Source: Escherichia phage 4MG
Length of the DNA: 64,000 bases
Sequence record: NC_022968.1
Direction: 5' to 3' (one strand)
Positions 9,574 to 19,131 of the stretch are shown one piece after another. How positions within the stretch are numbered: position 1 is the stretch's first letter; the number at the start of each line of letters is the position of its first letter. The position numbers were made by a program, and so were the translations under genes. The notes under the pieces were generated by a model that saw only the letters and a list, made by a program, of their open reading frames with translations, did no database searches and was not told the DNA's origin.

Positions 9574-12288
9574 ATGAAAGGTTTGTTTATAACGGACAAC
9601 GAAGCCGATGGTCTGTTAGATGAAGTAACTAAGTACCACTGTACCCTTTTGAAGGAATACGGTGTTAACAACTGGAATCTGTTTTTAGATCCAGCACACC
9701 CAGAGTATGAGAGTGCAGTAACTTTCGCGAAGAGCAAGACGGAAGCCAATCTCAAGATCCGCTCATATGATGAGCTTGAGGCGTTCCTGAAAACTTGCCG
9801 TGGCATTGCGTGTCACAATCTGTTTGGTTACGACCTGCGCCTCTGGAAGAAGCTGTCTGGTATTGAATATGATATGTTCAAAGACCCTAAGTGTCTTGGT
9901 ACAATTGGGGATGCCCAGGTGAACCTATACGACACCTTATCAATGAGTCGTGTTCTTTATCCAGACCGTCCACTGCCTAATGGTTGCCCGGACTCTGTAC
10001 TTAACCCGGTCACTGGGAAAAGGGACCGAGTGGGTCCTCACGGCCTTATGGCATGGGGCTATCGTGTAGCCAACAAGAAGGTGCAGATTGACGATTGGCG
10101 TAACCAACCGCTCTGGGAATACGTTAACCGTGTGTGGGAAGACGTACTGATCAACGAACTAACGTGGAAAGCATTGATCGATGAATCCACTGGTGCTCGT
10201 TGGCCTGATGACAAGCAGTTCATGTATACAGACAAGCCAGAAGGTCTTCGTCAGATTAACTGGAAAAATGCTCTTCGTCGTCGTATGCTTACTGACTACC
10301 TGATGATTGAGCAAGAAATCCAGGGTGTACCGTTCAACAAGCATGGGGCTGAGAAACTTCGTGATCGCATTGATGTGATGATGAAGGAGATTGAGGAAGA
10401 GGTTGAGCCGCTGTTGCCACTGAAAGAGATGACGAAATCTCAACAGCCTAAGTTCCCGGCTAATCCGTTCGACGGGGCAGGGAATATTTCCCACCACGGG
10501 TGGAACTGGCTTCAGTACAAGCTTGGCTATCCGGTCAATCGTGAGGCACTGGAATTCAAGGGTCCACCAAAAACCGCATTTAAGGGTAATGGTGAGGTGA
10601 GTGCAGCAGGGGAACGATACTGCATTCAGAATGGTATTGAAGATCCGGCTATGTTTGGTGACTACATCCGGGAACAACGTCAGAAAGAAAACACCTTGGT
10701 TCCTCTGCCTCCAGACCTGATGGAGAAGGCCAAGGAGGATTTACGTAACGGAAAGATGCCTGACCTAATGGTTCCGATGAAGATTTCGAACCAGGACGAC
10801 ATCAAGAAATACCTGATCCGCGATGCTGACTGGAAGCCTACCTTGTGGCGTGTCAAGGATGTTACAAAAGACCAGTTCAAGAAGGCGCGTACTGACCCTG
10901 AGATCGATGATTTGGTCAGGAAGTACATTGAGGAATTGGGCGAGTCTGAGTATAAGTCTCTGATTATAGAGCACTTAAACAACTCGGATGAGAAGTTCAA
11001 TATCTCCGAAAGGAAGTTTGATCATCGACATGCCTCAGAGAAAGGGTATGCGGAGGTCTTTAAGAAGTTCAGACGCAAGGCGCGTATGCTCCCAACATCA
11101 CCGCAGTTGAAGGATAACTTCGGCAAGCTGTGTCCGAACCTCGAACGTATTGATGTTCACTTGGCTAAACAGATTGTTAAGTGGCTGTCATTGCGTAACC
11201 GTCGCTCTGTTCTCGACCCGATTGACGAGGATAAGAACGATACCGGGTTGTTGAACCACCCTCGCCTGGCGATTGATGGTAAACTTCCTGCACGATTCTC
11301 TGGTATCACCAACACCGGGCGATGCAAGCATACCATTTGTGCAAACATGCCTAAACCAGATCCGAAGGTGTTGTTGGGTAAAGAGATGCGTGGACTTTGG
11401 GGAGTAACAAAGGGTTATTACCAGGTTGGTATTGATGGTTCTAACCTCGAAGGGATGGTCGCCGCATGGGGTGCATATCAGTTTGACGGCGGCGAATATT
11501 TGCGTATAATGGAGAGCGGAGATGCTCACGCACGAAACGCAGAGGCATACACCAAAGCATCAGGAACGCTCGTTACTCGTAACGGTGGTAAGGGTGTTAC
11601 ATACGGGATCATGTATGGTGCTCAGGCAGCAAAGATTGCTGCTATGCTTAACATCTCCCTCGATAAAGCACAGGCGGTAATTGACGCTTTCTGGGATAGC
11701 AACTTTGGGTTGAAGGGTCGTAAGGAATGGCTTGAAAACTTCTGGGAAGCTACCGGGAAACGTTATATCCCTGGCTTAGATGGACGTAAGATCTGGACTC
11801 GCTCCAAGCACTCACTCCTGAATGCTTACCAGCAGAATGGTGGTGCTTCCCTGTTCGACTTGGTTGGTATCCTGCTTCACTGGGAACTAATCAAACGTGG
11901 TTGGTACGATGATGATGTTCGCCGCCTCATCTACTATCACGATGAATACCAGCTTCAGGTTCCAGAAAAGTACCTGAAGAAATGGAAGTTCGACACTCTT
12001 GAAGAGGCTACCGCCTTTGTCAAAGAGTGGGAAGCAAAAGGCCGTGTATTCGACGGTCACGAGTGGAGAAAAGCGGTCAAGGATGAGAATGGCGATAAAG
12101 TCAAAGATGCTGAGGGTAACACGGTTTACGAAGGTATCTTTGGTGAAGATGGTAAGATTCAGATCCAGTATTGCCCTGTTGGTGAGATGGTTGTGAAATG
12201 TGTCGAGAAAGCCGCTAAGATGATGGGTTCTCCGGTTCATATCACGGGCGCTTACCTGACTGGTAAGAACTGGGCTGAATGCCACTAA
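9574..12288 (+). CDS. DNA polymerase, family A, with 3'-5' exonuclease motif
   Basis: ATG at 9574 after AGGAGG; Exo I-like FITDNEADG; motif B RNGGKGVTYGIMYG; motif C YHDEYQ. Confidence 0.85.
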   Translation: MKGLFITDNEADGLLDEVTKYHCTLLKEYGVNNWNLFLDPAHPEYESAVTFAKSKTEANLKIRSYDELEAFLKTCRGIACHNLFGYDLRLWKKLSGIEYDMFKDPKCLGTIGDAQVNLYDTLSMSRVLYPDRPLPNGCPDSVLNPVTGKRDRVGPHGLMAWGYRVANKKVQIDDWRNQPLWEYVNRVWEDVLINELTWKALIDESTGARWPDDKQFMYTDKPEGLRQINWKNALRRRMLTDYLMIEQEIQGVPFNKHGAEKLRDRIDVMMKEIEEEVEPLLPLKEMTKSQQPKFPANPFDGAGNISHHGWNWLQYKLGYPVNREALEFKGPPKTAFKGNGEVSAAGERYCIQNGIEDPAMFGDYIREQRQKENTLVPLPPDLMEKAKEDLRNGKMPDLMVPMKISNQDDIKKYLIRDADWKPTLWRVKDVTKDQFKKARTDPEIDDLVRKYIEELGESEYKSLIIEHLNNSDEKFNISERKFDHRHASEKGYAEVFKKFRRKARMLPTSPQLKDNFGKLCPNLERIDVHLAKQIVKWLSLRNRRSVLDPIDEDKNDTGLLNHPRLAIDGKLPARFSGITNTGRCKHTICANMPKPDPKVLLGKEMRGLWGVTKGYYQVGIDGSNLEGMVAAWGAYQFDGGEYLRIMESGDAHARNAEAYTKASGTLVTRNGGKGVTYGIMYGAQAAKIAAMLNISLDKAQAVIDAFWDSNFGLKGRKEWLENFWEATGKRYIPGLDGRKIWTRSKHSLLNAYQQNGGASLFDLVGILLHWELIKRGWYDDDVRRLIYYHDEYQLQVPEKYLKKWKFDTLEEATAFVKEWEAKGRVFDGHEWRKAVKDENGDKVKDAEGNTVYEGIFGEDGKIQIQYCPVGEMVVKCVEKAAKMMGSPVHITGAYLTGKNWAECH

Positions 12289-12294
12289 TTCAAC

Positions 12295-12308
12295 GGGGCT
12301 TCGGCCCC
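12295..12308 (+). other. GGGGC-UUCG-GCCCC tetraloop hairpin after DNA polymerase stop
   Basis: Perfect 5-bp GC stem with UUCG loop; no U-tract. Confidence 0.4.
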
Positions 12309-12322
12309 TAGAGGAGAAAATT

Positions 12323-12526
12323 ATGTTAACTGATTGGATTTCATGCAAAGATGCCCTGCCTCAGGTAGGTAAATTGGTTTTAGTTGCCAGAGGTGAGGGT
12401 ATGTGGATTGCCTTCCTCTCGGAGGATGGACGCTGGGACGATGGTGATTATTTGGATAACATTGACGGCGTAACTCACTGGCAGGATCTTCCTGTTCCTC
12501 CAAGCCTGCTCGGAGATAAGGCATGA
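12323..12526 (+). CDS. hypothetical protein
   Basis: 67 aa ORF, AGAGGAG SD. Confidence 0.5.
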   Translation: MLTDWISCKDALPQVGKLVLVARGEGMWIAFLSEDGRWDDGDYLDNIDGVTHWQDLPVPPSLLGDKA

Positions 12527-12879
12527 AGGTAAAAGGCACTCAGACCACGGTGCAAACCGTGGATGTGGAACTGGGGGGTGATGCAATCAAGACTGTTGTG
12601 TATAGTCGGGAAATAGATTATCTGGCGAAAGCGCTTCAGGAAAAACTTTTGCACAAATTCTTACATAGTCTAGAACCGAAATTTACTGGTAGCCGTACAG
12701 TTCGTAAGGGATATGGACGATACGATGGTAAACTGGTTCTTGTCCATGTGGATGCCGACTGGAACTACCACAACAATGTTGGTGAGGATGAGGATATCCG
12801 TGCCTTGACAGATGAGGAAGAGGTCCTCTTTAAGATGATCTCTGGAGTTTCAGAGTATATCGAAAACCTCAAAAAATAA
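12523..12879 (+). CDS. hypothetical protein
   Basis: 118 aa ORF, ATGA overlap; followed by terminator. Confidence 0.5.
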   Translation: MKVKGTQTTVQTVDVELGGDAIKTVVYSREIDYLAKALQEKLLHKFLHSLEPKFTGSRTVRKGYGRYDGKLVLVHVDADWNYHNNVGEDEDIRALTDEEEVLFKMISGVSEYIENLKK

Positions 12880-12885
12880 TTGAAA

Positions 12886-12920
12886 AGCCCCTTGACTTCA
12901 CGGTTGAGGGGCTTTATTGT
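12886..12920 (+). terminator. rho-independent terminator
   Basis: 11-bp stem (with G-U) and 6-nt loop followed by TTTATTGTT directly after stop at 12879. Confidence 0.6.
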
Positions 12921-12948
12921 TATGGGAGTTAAATACTCCGGAGATGAT

Positions 12949-13143
12949 ATGAAGCTTTCACATTTTATTTATGCAGTGTTAGGCCTTATGGCCCTGACTA
13001 TGCTTACAACATTAGGTCTTGCCTACACAGCAGACTACCAACAACAAACTAACGATATCCTTGGTGGTGGTCTTGGCATGTTCATGCTTGAATTCTTCCT
13101 GCTTATTTTTGGCGGGATGATTGTTGATGCGTCTAACTGGTAA
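12949..13143 (+). CDS. small membrane protein (2 predicted TM helices)
   Basis: ATG at 12949 after GGAG; hydrophobic stretches; upstream part of track ORF lies in terminator hairpin. Confidence 0.4.
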   Translation: MKLSHFIYAVLGLMALTMLTTLGLAYTADYQQQTNDILGGGLGMFMLEFFLLIFGGMIVDASNW

Positions 13144-13153
13144 GGAGAAGAGA

Positions 13154-13360
13154 ATGCGTGGATTTATGCCTTGGATAAAACCTTTGGTGATTGTCGGGAT
13201 AATTGTGGTTGCAGTGTTTATTGTTGTTGACATCACAGATACCGTCACCCATAATTGTAAGCCTAACGGTGAACAACGCCTCGCAAACAGTGCAGACGGT
13301 GTTGTCGTTGAGAACAAACTGATCTGCGACGGTGGTCGCGTGAAGTGGTCTCGCTACTAA
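13154..13360 (+). CDS. small membrane protein
   Basis: ATG at 13154 after AAGGAG; N-terminal hydrophobic helix. Confidence 0.4.
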   Translation: MRGFMPWIKPLVIVGIIVVAVFIVVDITDTVTHNCKPNGEQRLANSADGVVVENKLICDGGRVKWSRY

Positions 13361-13393
13361 ACCTTGATTAAATAATCTCAAGAGGAGATTCAA

Positions 13394-13711
13394 ATGAAAA
13401 AATTAACGATTGCTCTACTGACTATGGCCTTTGTTGCGGGTGCTCATGCAGAAGATGATGATTTCCAAACTGAGCCGATGTGCAAGGTTGAGGTGTGCAA
13501 TAAAATCGAACGCTTCTCCCTCAGCATCTGGTCCCATATGAAGGACAGTATGGGTGAGACCTGCATCGACACAGTGATTCCAAAAAAGGATGCACAGGTG
13601 GGGAATATCCTGAGCGAGGAGTCTCGCTGGTATCAGGGGTCATCTATCAACCCAACCAAAAAGTCGGTGACCCGCGTATCGCAAGTCTACAAATGTCAGA
13701 AGGATCAATAA
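13394..13711 (+). CDS. secreted/periplasmic small protein
   Basis: 105 aa; N-terminal signal-peptide-like MKKLTIALLTMAFVAGAHA; 4 Cys. Confidence 0.5.
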   Translation: MKKLTIALLTMAFVAGAHAEDDDFQTEPMCKVEVCNKIERFSLSIWSHMKDSMGETCIDTVIPKKDAQVGNILSEESRWYQGSSINPTKKSVTRVSQVYKCQKDQ

Positions 13712-13712
13712 C

Positions 13713-14786
13713 ATGACCATTACTCGCGGCCTTATCTTCGGTAAGTTTGCACCACTGACCAACGGGCATATTGCCTTTATTCGTCAGGCAGCACAGCAGG
13801 TTAGTGCTCTGTATCTGTTCCTGTCCTATGACCAGAAATTCGTTGACGCACAACCAGAGTGGATTCGTCCAAAGCTGGGGCTTGCTGACCGTTATCGTGA
13901 CCTGCTGGATGTCATTGCCGATGAGGGACTTGACAACGTGAAGGTAGATTACGTTGATGAGTCGAACATCCCAGGTTATCCGGAAGGTGGCGCTGCCTAT
14001 GCAAAACTGATCCGCGAAAAACAACCGTTCGTCAAATACGACTTTGCTTTCTCTTCAGAGCCGGAGTATGAGTCTTACTTCAACGAGTTCTTCCCTGAAG
14101 CGAAGCACGTTGTGATCGACGCAGAGCGTAAAGAAGTGCCTATCTCTGCCACAATGATCCGTAACGATCCGTACAACAACTTCTACAACCTGGCGTGGCC
14201 TGCACGTAAACGCTTCATGAAAAAGGTTGCCATTGTCGGTGTTGAGAGCACGGGTAAAACCACCCTGACACAGCACTTGGCCCGTACCTTTAATGCTGGC
14301 TGGATTCCGGAGATCGGAAGGCTTATCTGTGAGCGGGAATACCACTCCAGCGAGTTCGCTATGTCTCGTGAAGACTACCTGCGTATCGCTATGGAGCACC
14401 GCCTGAAGGAGATGGAATTGGCTGGCTGGGGTGATCGTGGGGTTATGTTCTCTGACACCACAAACCTGATCACTCATTTCTCTGGTATTTGTGCCGACAA
14501 GATCGACTACTCAGATCTGTTGTTCCGTACACTGAGTCGTGAAGAGAGCTACAACTTCTATGACCTGTTCCTGTTCCTCACACCAGAGGTTCCGTGGGTT
14601 GCTGATCCTCTTCGCTTGCAGGATACACCAGAAAAGCGTAAAGAAACACATTCTTTGCTTGACACAATGATCAGGGCATCTTACGATACAAGCAGGGTGG
14701 TGGTTATCTCCGGCAGTGATTACAAAGAACGTACTCAGAAAGCCGAAGAATCTGTCCGTAAATTGCTGAATATCAATGGGGAATAA
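13713..14786 (+). CDS. nadR: NadR-like bifunctional NMN adenylyltransferase / ribosylnicotinamide kinase
   Basis: 357 aa; N-terminal nucleotidyltransferase motif GKFAPLTNGH (HxGH class); central P-loop GVESTGKTT; no HTH domain. Confidence 0.7.
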   Translation: MTITRGLIFGKFAPLTNGHIAFIRQAAQQVSALYLFLSYDQKFVDAQPEWIRPKLGLADRYRDLLDVIADEGLDNVKVDYVDESNIPGYPEGGAAYAKLIREKQPFVKYDFAFSSEPEYESYFNEFFPEAKHVVIDAERKEVPISATMIRNDPYNNFYNLAWPARKRFMKKVAIVGVESTGKTTLTQHLARTFNAGWIPEIGRLICEREYHSSEFAMSREDYLRIAMEHRLKEMELAGWGDRGVMFSDTTNLITHFSGICADKIDYSDLLFRTLSREESYNFYDLFLFLTPEVPWVADPLRLQDTPEKRKETHSLLDTMIRASYDTSRVVVISGSDYKERTQKAEESVRKLLNINGE

Positions 14787-14787
14787 G

Positions 14788-15153
14788 ATGAACGTGACAA
14801 ACTCAAGCATGAAGCAGGCTTTTGGTGTCTTGAAGGTCGTCCTGGAAAAAGCTCCAGATTTAGGCCAAGGTCTCCAGGCCTATGCGAACTGCCGTGAGCA
14901 GGGCTTCTCTATCATGAAGTTGGACTACTCAGGTGGACAAGATAATTGTCGCCAAGTGTCATTTTCGGAATGCCGTAACAGTGACCAGATCACCGTGTAC
15001 TATGGGTCAACACGCGACTTCAATTTCCAAACCAACATCCCCACGGATGATACCTATTTCAATCGTCGTAAATTCTTCGGCTATGAGAAGTACGAAGAGG
15101 CGGCTGACTGGATTGTGGCGTACCTGAAAGGTGATAAAGATGGAACAAACTAA
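14788..15153 (+). CDS. hypothetical protein
   Basis: Track ORF 14776..15153; ATG 14788 after upstream stop. Confidence 0.5.
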   Translation: MNVTNSSMKQAFGVLKVVLEKAPDLGQGLQAYANCREQGFSIMKLDYSGGQDNCRQVSFSECRNSDQITVYYGSTRDFNFQTNIPTDDTYFNRRKFFGYEKYEEAADWIVAYLKGDKDGTN

Positions 15154-15472
15154 GCCGACTCTGGTCTGGAAAACCCAGGAGGGTTTTGATATGCGAATTA
15201 GCCACATGTCTGATGAGCATATTGTTAACGCTATAAACTGGTTGCTGGTAGAACCTGGGACAGATGACCCCTCTGACCTGCTGGATACTTATCTGCAAGT
15301 CCCTATTGTTATCTGGATTCGCGAGTTGACTCAGGAGTTGTATCGTCGGCTACACCCCACAGGGATAAATCCGGTGCATATTGACCCTGAACTACCGCCA
15401 GGATTATACACGGTGGAGATAAAGACAAAGGGTGGTGCTGCGATTATTAATGGGGTGCAGAACAGTGGCTAA
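15140..15472 (+). CDS. hypothetical protein
   Basis: Track ORF 15131..15472; start uncertain. Confidence 0.45.
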   Translation: MEQTKPTLVWKTQEGFDMRISHMSDEHIVNAINWLLVEPGTDDPSDLLDTYLQVPIVIWIRELTQELYRRLHPTGINPVHIDPELPPGLYTVEIKTKGGAAIINGVQNSG

Positions 15473-15473
15473 G

Positions 15474-15794
15474 GTGCTCAACTTTTACCACATTGGTAAA
15501 GTGATCCCTGAAGGTGCGGTCTATGTGGGCCGTACCATGAAGAAGTACGGATTGGTGGGTCACAAGCTTGCTAATCCTTTCCCGTTGAACAAAGACGGGT
15601 CCAACCGTGATGAAGTGATCGAACAGTATCGCCAGTGGTTGTGGAAAAAACTTCATGAGAAGGGTGGTCACTTTAAAGAATTGATTGACCTGGACGGAAA
15701 AGATCTGGTATGCTTCTGTTCACCAAAGAGGTGTCACTGTGATGTGATACTTGCGGCAATCGAATGGGCTAAACAAAGGAGTCAAAATGTCTAA
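15474..15794 (+). CDS. hypothetical protein (Cys/His-containing C-terminus CFCSPKRCHCD)
   Basis: Track ORF 15432..15794; start uncertain (GTG 15474 or later ATG). Confidence 0.4.
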   Translation: MLNFYHIGKVIPEGAVYVGRTMKKYGLVGHKLANPFPLNKDGSNRDEVIEQYRQWLWKKLHEKGGHFKELIDLDGKDLVCFCSPKRCHCDVILAAIEWAKQRSQNV

Positions 15795-16047
15795 ACACAC
15801 ACCGGGTCCCTGGTCAAATGATGGAACAGAGGTCGGCACTGGTATCCTGCACGAAATAAAGATCGCAAAGTGTTGTCTTGTCGGGTACGAGGAGACTCGT
15901 GCCAACGCGAGGCTTATTGCAGCATCGCCGGAAATGTTGGAGCTTCTAGAGCTTTCTCTTCCGTACCTTAACGATGCAGCAAAAACAGATGGTCATGCAT
16001 TTGCAATCTATAATAAGGTTGCAAGAACTATCAAACGTTTCCAGTAG
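15787..16047 (+). CDS. hypothetical protein
   Basis: ATG 15787 after AAGGAG; within track ORF 15751..16047. Confidence 0.5.
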   Translation: MSKHTPGPWSNDGTEVGTGILHEIKIAKCCLVGYEETRANARLIAASPEMLELLELSLPYLNDAAKTDGHAFAIYNKVARTIKRFQ

Positions 16048-16055
16048 GGGATGAC

Positions 16056-16283
16056 ATGCATAAATACTACTTCACCTTCGGAATGAATCAGCAGACGAAG
16101 GATGGTATGTCCCTCGGCAACTTCTACGTCTGCATCGAAGCACCGGACATGAACACTGCACGGTTCGATATGTTCGATGCCCGCGGTAGTTCTTGGTCTT
16201 TTTCTTACACAGAAGAAGAATTTTCTGGACAACCAGAAAAATATGGGTTAACCTCTTTAACGTTAGAGCAAGTAACCTTATAA
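16056..16283 (+). CDS. hypothetical protein
   Basis: 75 aa ORF. Confidence 0.5.
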   Translation: MHKYYFTFGMNQQTKDGMSLGNFYVCIEAPDMNTARFDMFDARGSSWSFSYTEEEFSGQPEKYGLTSLTLEQVTL

Positions 16284-16302
16284 CTTAGGCACAGGAGACA
16301 TC

Positions 16303-16494
16303 ATGAGTCTTAAAAAAGATCACACCTACATCGAGGTGTATAAGAATATTGCTGGCGGCAATTCTCTTGTAATTGCTGATGATAATGGCGGTTATCGCTT
16401 AGTAGGCACAAAGATAACTGGTCAACCAATAGCGCGATTTGAAGTTTCTGTTGAAGAACTCATGGTCGCGGTAAACAATCACCAGGGAGAATAA
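16303..16494 (+). CDS. hypothetical protein
   Basis: 63 aa ORF, AGGAGA SD. Confidence 0.5.
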   Translation: MSLKKDHTYIEVYKNIAGGNSLVIADDNGGYRLVGTKITGQPIARFEVSVEELMVAVNNHQGE

Positions 16495-16495
16495 A

Positions 16496-17218
16496 ATGAA
16501 TACAAATCTGTACATTAAGACAGCGTGGACCGACTTCTATGGTTGGACAAATCTCGAATACCTCTGGCTTCTGATCTGTTCTGCATCTATTGCAACGGTC
16601 TCTATCGTCACAGGGGGTACGATGGTAGAGTTTATCTCCTCCGTCACAGGTATCGTCGGTGCGATTCTGGTTGCGAAAGGTAAACTTTCCAGCTACTATT
16701 GGGGCTTCATTGCCACAGTGCTGTATGCTTATGTGTCGTTCACGTACAAACTCTACGGTGAAACGATCATGTACACCGTCTTGTTTACCCCGATGCAGGT
16801 CATTGGTGGTATTATCTGGGCGCGTAAGCTGAATGTTTCTGCTGATGGTGAACGTGCAGACGTTATCAAGCGCTATCTGACGACGAAACAACGTTGGTTG
16901 GTGGGTCTTGCCACAGCAGCAGCCATTGTGTGTTACGCCCTGTTCATCAAAGAGCTTAAAGGTTCCTTACCTGGTCCTGATGCAGCAACGGCTATCCTGT
17001 CGGTTCTTGCAACGTGGATGATGGTTGTTCGATTGTCTGAACAGTGGTACGTGTGGATCATCGTGAACATCGTGGCTGTAGGTATGTGGGTTAACCTGAC
17101 ACTGCATCACCAGGGTGCTGGAGCAGCAAACCTTGCAATGTGGGTAACATTCCTGTTAAACTCTGTGTATGGCGCTTACAAATGGCGTAAAACAGAAAAG
17201 GAAACAGCATATGCGTGA
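16496..17218 (+). CDS. pnuC: PnuC-like nicotinamide riboside transporter
   Basis: 240 aa polytopic membrane protein; size and multi-TM layout of PnuC; WYVWIIVNIV and GGIIWARK segments resemble PnuC signature regions as recalled from memory; 1.7 kb downstream of the nadR-like gene. Confidence 0.6.
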   Translation: MNTNLYIKTAWTDFYGWTNLEYLWLLICSASIATVSIVTGGTMVEFISSVTGIVGAILVAKGKLSSYYWGFIATVLYAYVSFTYKLYGETIMYTVLFTPMQVIGGIIWARKLNVSADGERADVIKRYLTTKQRWLVGLATAAAIVCYALFIKELKGSLPGPDAATAILSVLATWMMVVRLSEQWYVWIIVNIVAVGMWVNLTLHHQGAGAANLAMWVTFLLNSVYGAYKWRKTEKETAYA

Positions 17219-17429
17219 CTTGATCGTCCCAGCAGCAATCAGTGCCTCGGTGTTCTTTATTGTTCTTGCAATATCCGTCGCACTTGGCTACTATGTTGGC
17301 ATCAGCGCGGGGGAAGTATTCGGAACACCCGGCTTTGGTGAGTACACACAGACATCCGTCGTAGTTGGTTGTACTCTGGGATTACCTCTTGGCATGGCCG
17401 CTTTTGGCATAAGTTCGGGTGTTGCATGA
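17211..17429 (+). CDS. small membrane protein
   Basis: ATG 17211 within track ORF; hydrophobic; overlaps pnuC-like stop. Confidence 0.4.
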   Translation: MRDLIVPAAISASVFFIVLAISVALGYYVGISAGEVFGTPGFGEYTQTSVVVGCTLGLPLGMAAFGISSGVA

Positions 17430-17608
17430 AAATTCGAATCATGATGTTTTTGGCAGTATTCTTTGGTTTGGTGATGTGCTCGGTAGCGGTGGCATTCTGC
17501 GGTGGGGCTAAGTTTGGAACCGACGCGTTTGGGTGGATACTGGCTACAGGGATGATGGTTGGTGTGGTTGGTGGGCTACTGGCAGCAGCGCTGCCTGACT
17601 ACAGATAG
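17426..17608 (+). CDS. small membrane protein
   Basis: ATG 17426 (ATGA overlap); hydrophobic. Confidence 0.4.
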   Translation: MKIRIMMFLAVFFGLVMCSVAVAFCGGAKFGTDAFGWILATGMMVGVVGGLLAAALPDYR

Positions 17609-17616
17609 GGTGAAAA

Positions 17617-18186
17617 GTGAAAAGAACAAAGCATATCAATAAAAATGCTTTCCGGAAGGTAGGGCGCTATGCCCTGCCATTCGCGGTGGCAATCACAGTT
17701 GCAGGTTGTGAGCAAGCAGACATTGACATGAAGATGTATAAGAATGTTGATGAGTGTATTGCGGATACGCACAAACCGGATCAGTGCCGTGCAGCAAGAC
17801 AAGAAGCAGAAAAGGTTGCAAATGAAACTGCGCCACGCTATGCTACTTACTCTGACTGCTACGCTGAGTTCGGTGACCAGTGCCGACACAACCCAAGCAG
17901 TTCAGATGGTGGTTCTTCGTGGATGCCGTTGATGATGGGATACATGATGGGTAACAGCATGAATTCCGGTTATCATTCAGCACCACTGTATCAGGATCGT
18001 TCGGGTCAGTATATGGATAATAAGTTCCGTAGCTACAATGCACGTCCTGGTCAAACGTTTAAGGTGACAAGCTCTGCGGCTAAACCGTCGATCCAGTCTC
18101 CTCGTACAACAGTTTCTCGTAGCACCACATCTTCTCGTGGTGGTTTTGGTAGCTCTGTGAGCAGCCGCTCATCTTTTGGAGGATAA
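17617..18186 (+). CDS. lipoprotein with Ser/Gly-rich C-terminus
   Basis: 189 aa; lipobox-like AITVAGC after hydrophobic N-terminus. Confidence 0.5.
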   Translation: MKRTKHINKNAFRKVGRYALPFAVAITVAGCEQADIDMKMYKNVDECIADTHKPDQCRAARQEAEKVANETAPRYATYSDCYAEFGDQCRHNPSSSDGGSSWMPLMMGYMMGNSMNSGYHSAPLYQDRSGQYMDNKFRSYNARPGQTFKVTSSAAKPSIQSPRTTVSRSTTSSRGGFGSSVSSRSSFGG

Positions 18187-18189
18187 GGA

Positions 18190-18561
18190 ATGATTGGATT
18201 TTGGGAATGGTACACAATGCACAATAACTGGGTGTCTAGTGTTATTCTGCTTGTTATCTTCGGCTTCTGGGGATGGTCATTAGGATCTGGATTCTCCACC
18301 TGGAAACACAAGACAGTTTCCTATCTGTTTGTGGGGGCTGTTGGGTTCCTTATGTTTTATCTGGGGACATATCAGGGTGGATACGGGATGTACAAACGTC
18401 ACTGGACAACTTGTTCTAAACCTGCTGCGGTAGAGGCGTTCTATGTGTTCGATGCACAGAAAGAGCGTTGCTTCAAGCCTGTGGTCGGCTTTGCCCCTGT
18501 TGATGACAATCAGGTTAAAACGCTGACTCCAAAACAAATGGAGACTGGCGAATGGTTATGA
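18190..18561 (+). CDS. membrane protein
   Basis: 123 aa; GGAGGA SD; two hydrophobic helices. Confidence 0.5.
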   Translation: MIGFWEWYTMHNNWVSSVILLVIFGFWGWSLGSGFSTWKHKTVSYLFVGAVGFLMFYLGTYQGGYGMYKRHWTTCSKPAAVEAFYVFDAQKERCFKPVVGFAPVDDNQVKTLTPKQMETGEWL

Positions 18562-18839
18562 AATCAGAACGGACTGGTGAGAACTTTGTACGAATGTACG
18601 AAAAAAGCCTAGAGTTGGGTGTGGAACTCCCCAACCTTGAGGAGAAACTGGTTCTGCAATACTTCCAGGACAATGTTGACAACTTACCAGTTGAATACGA
18701 TAGTCCTGCTGAGTTTCATCGGGCTTTCCGTCAGATAGATGTTTGTCGTAAGGGTTATCAGGACATGGTGATCTGGAGTTTGATGTCTGGCGGGGAATTG
18801 AATACAATCTGGAAAGTTCTGGAGGAATTTTATGCGTAG
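18552..18839 (+). CDS. hypothetical protein
   Basis: 95 aa ORF overlapping neighbours by a few nt. Confidence 0.45.
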   Translation: MVMKSERTGENFVRMYEKSLELGVELPNLEEKLVLQYFQDNVDNLPVEYDSPAEFHRAFRQIDVCRKGYQDMVIWSLMSGGELNTIWKVLEEFYA

Positions 18840-19131
18840 CAGTCATATCTTAGAAGCATGGACGAGAGCCTATGGAAGACCGCAGGAAGATCCGCACGGT
18901 GTCTTTGCAGATCTCCTTGGCGTTGATCGCAATGAGGCGAAGCGTGTTTGCTATGAGTTTATGTGGTCCGATGAAGGCAAGAAAATCTTTGCCGTTGACC
19001 AGTGGCATCACACAAGTCAAGAAGGGCTTTTTATCTATAAATTCTTTAAAGACTTACTGGCACAGGTAAATGTCCATGCAGTGCCTTCGATCACAGAAAT
19101 TCTTCAAATGAGGGAGCAGAATAATGCGTAA
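18832..19131 (+). CDS. hypothetical protein
   Basis: 99 aa ORF. Confidence 0.45.
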   Translation: MRSSHILEAWTRAYGRPQEDPHGVFADLLGVDRNEAKRVCYEFMWSDEGKKIFAVDQWHHTSQEGLFIYKFFKDLLAQVNVHAVPSITEILQMREQNNA

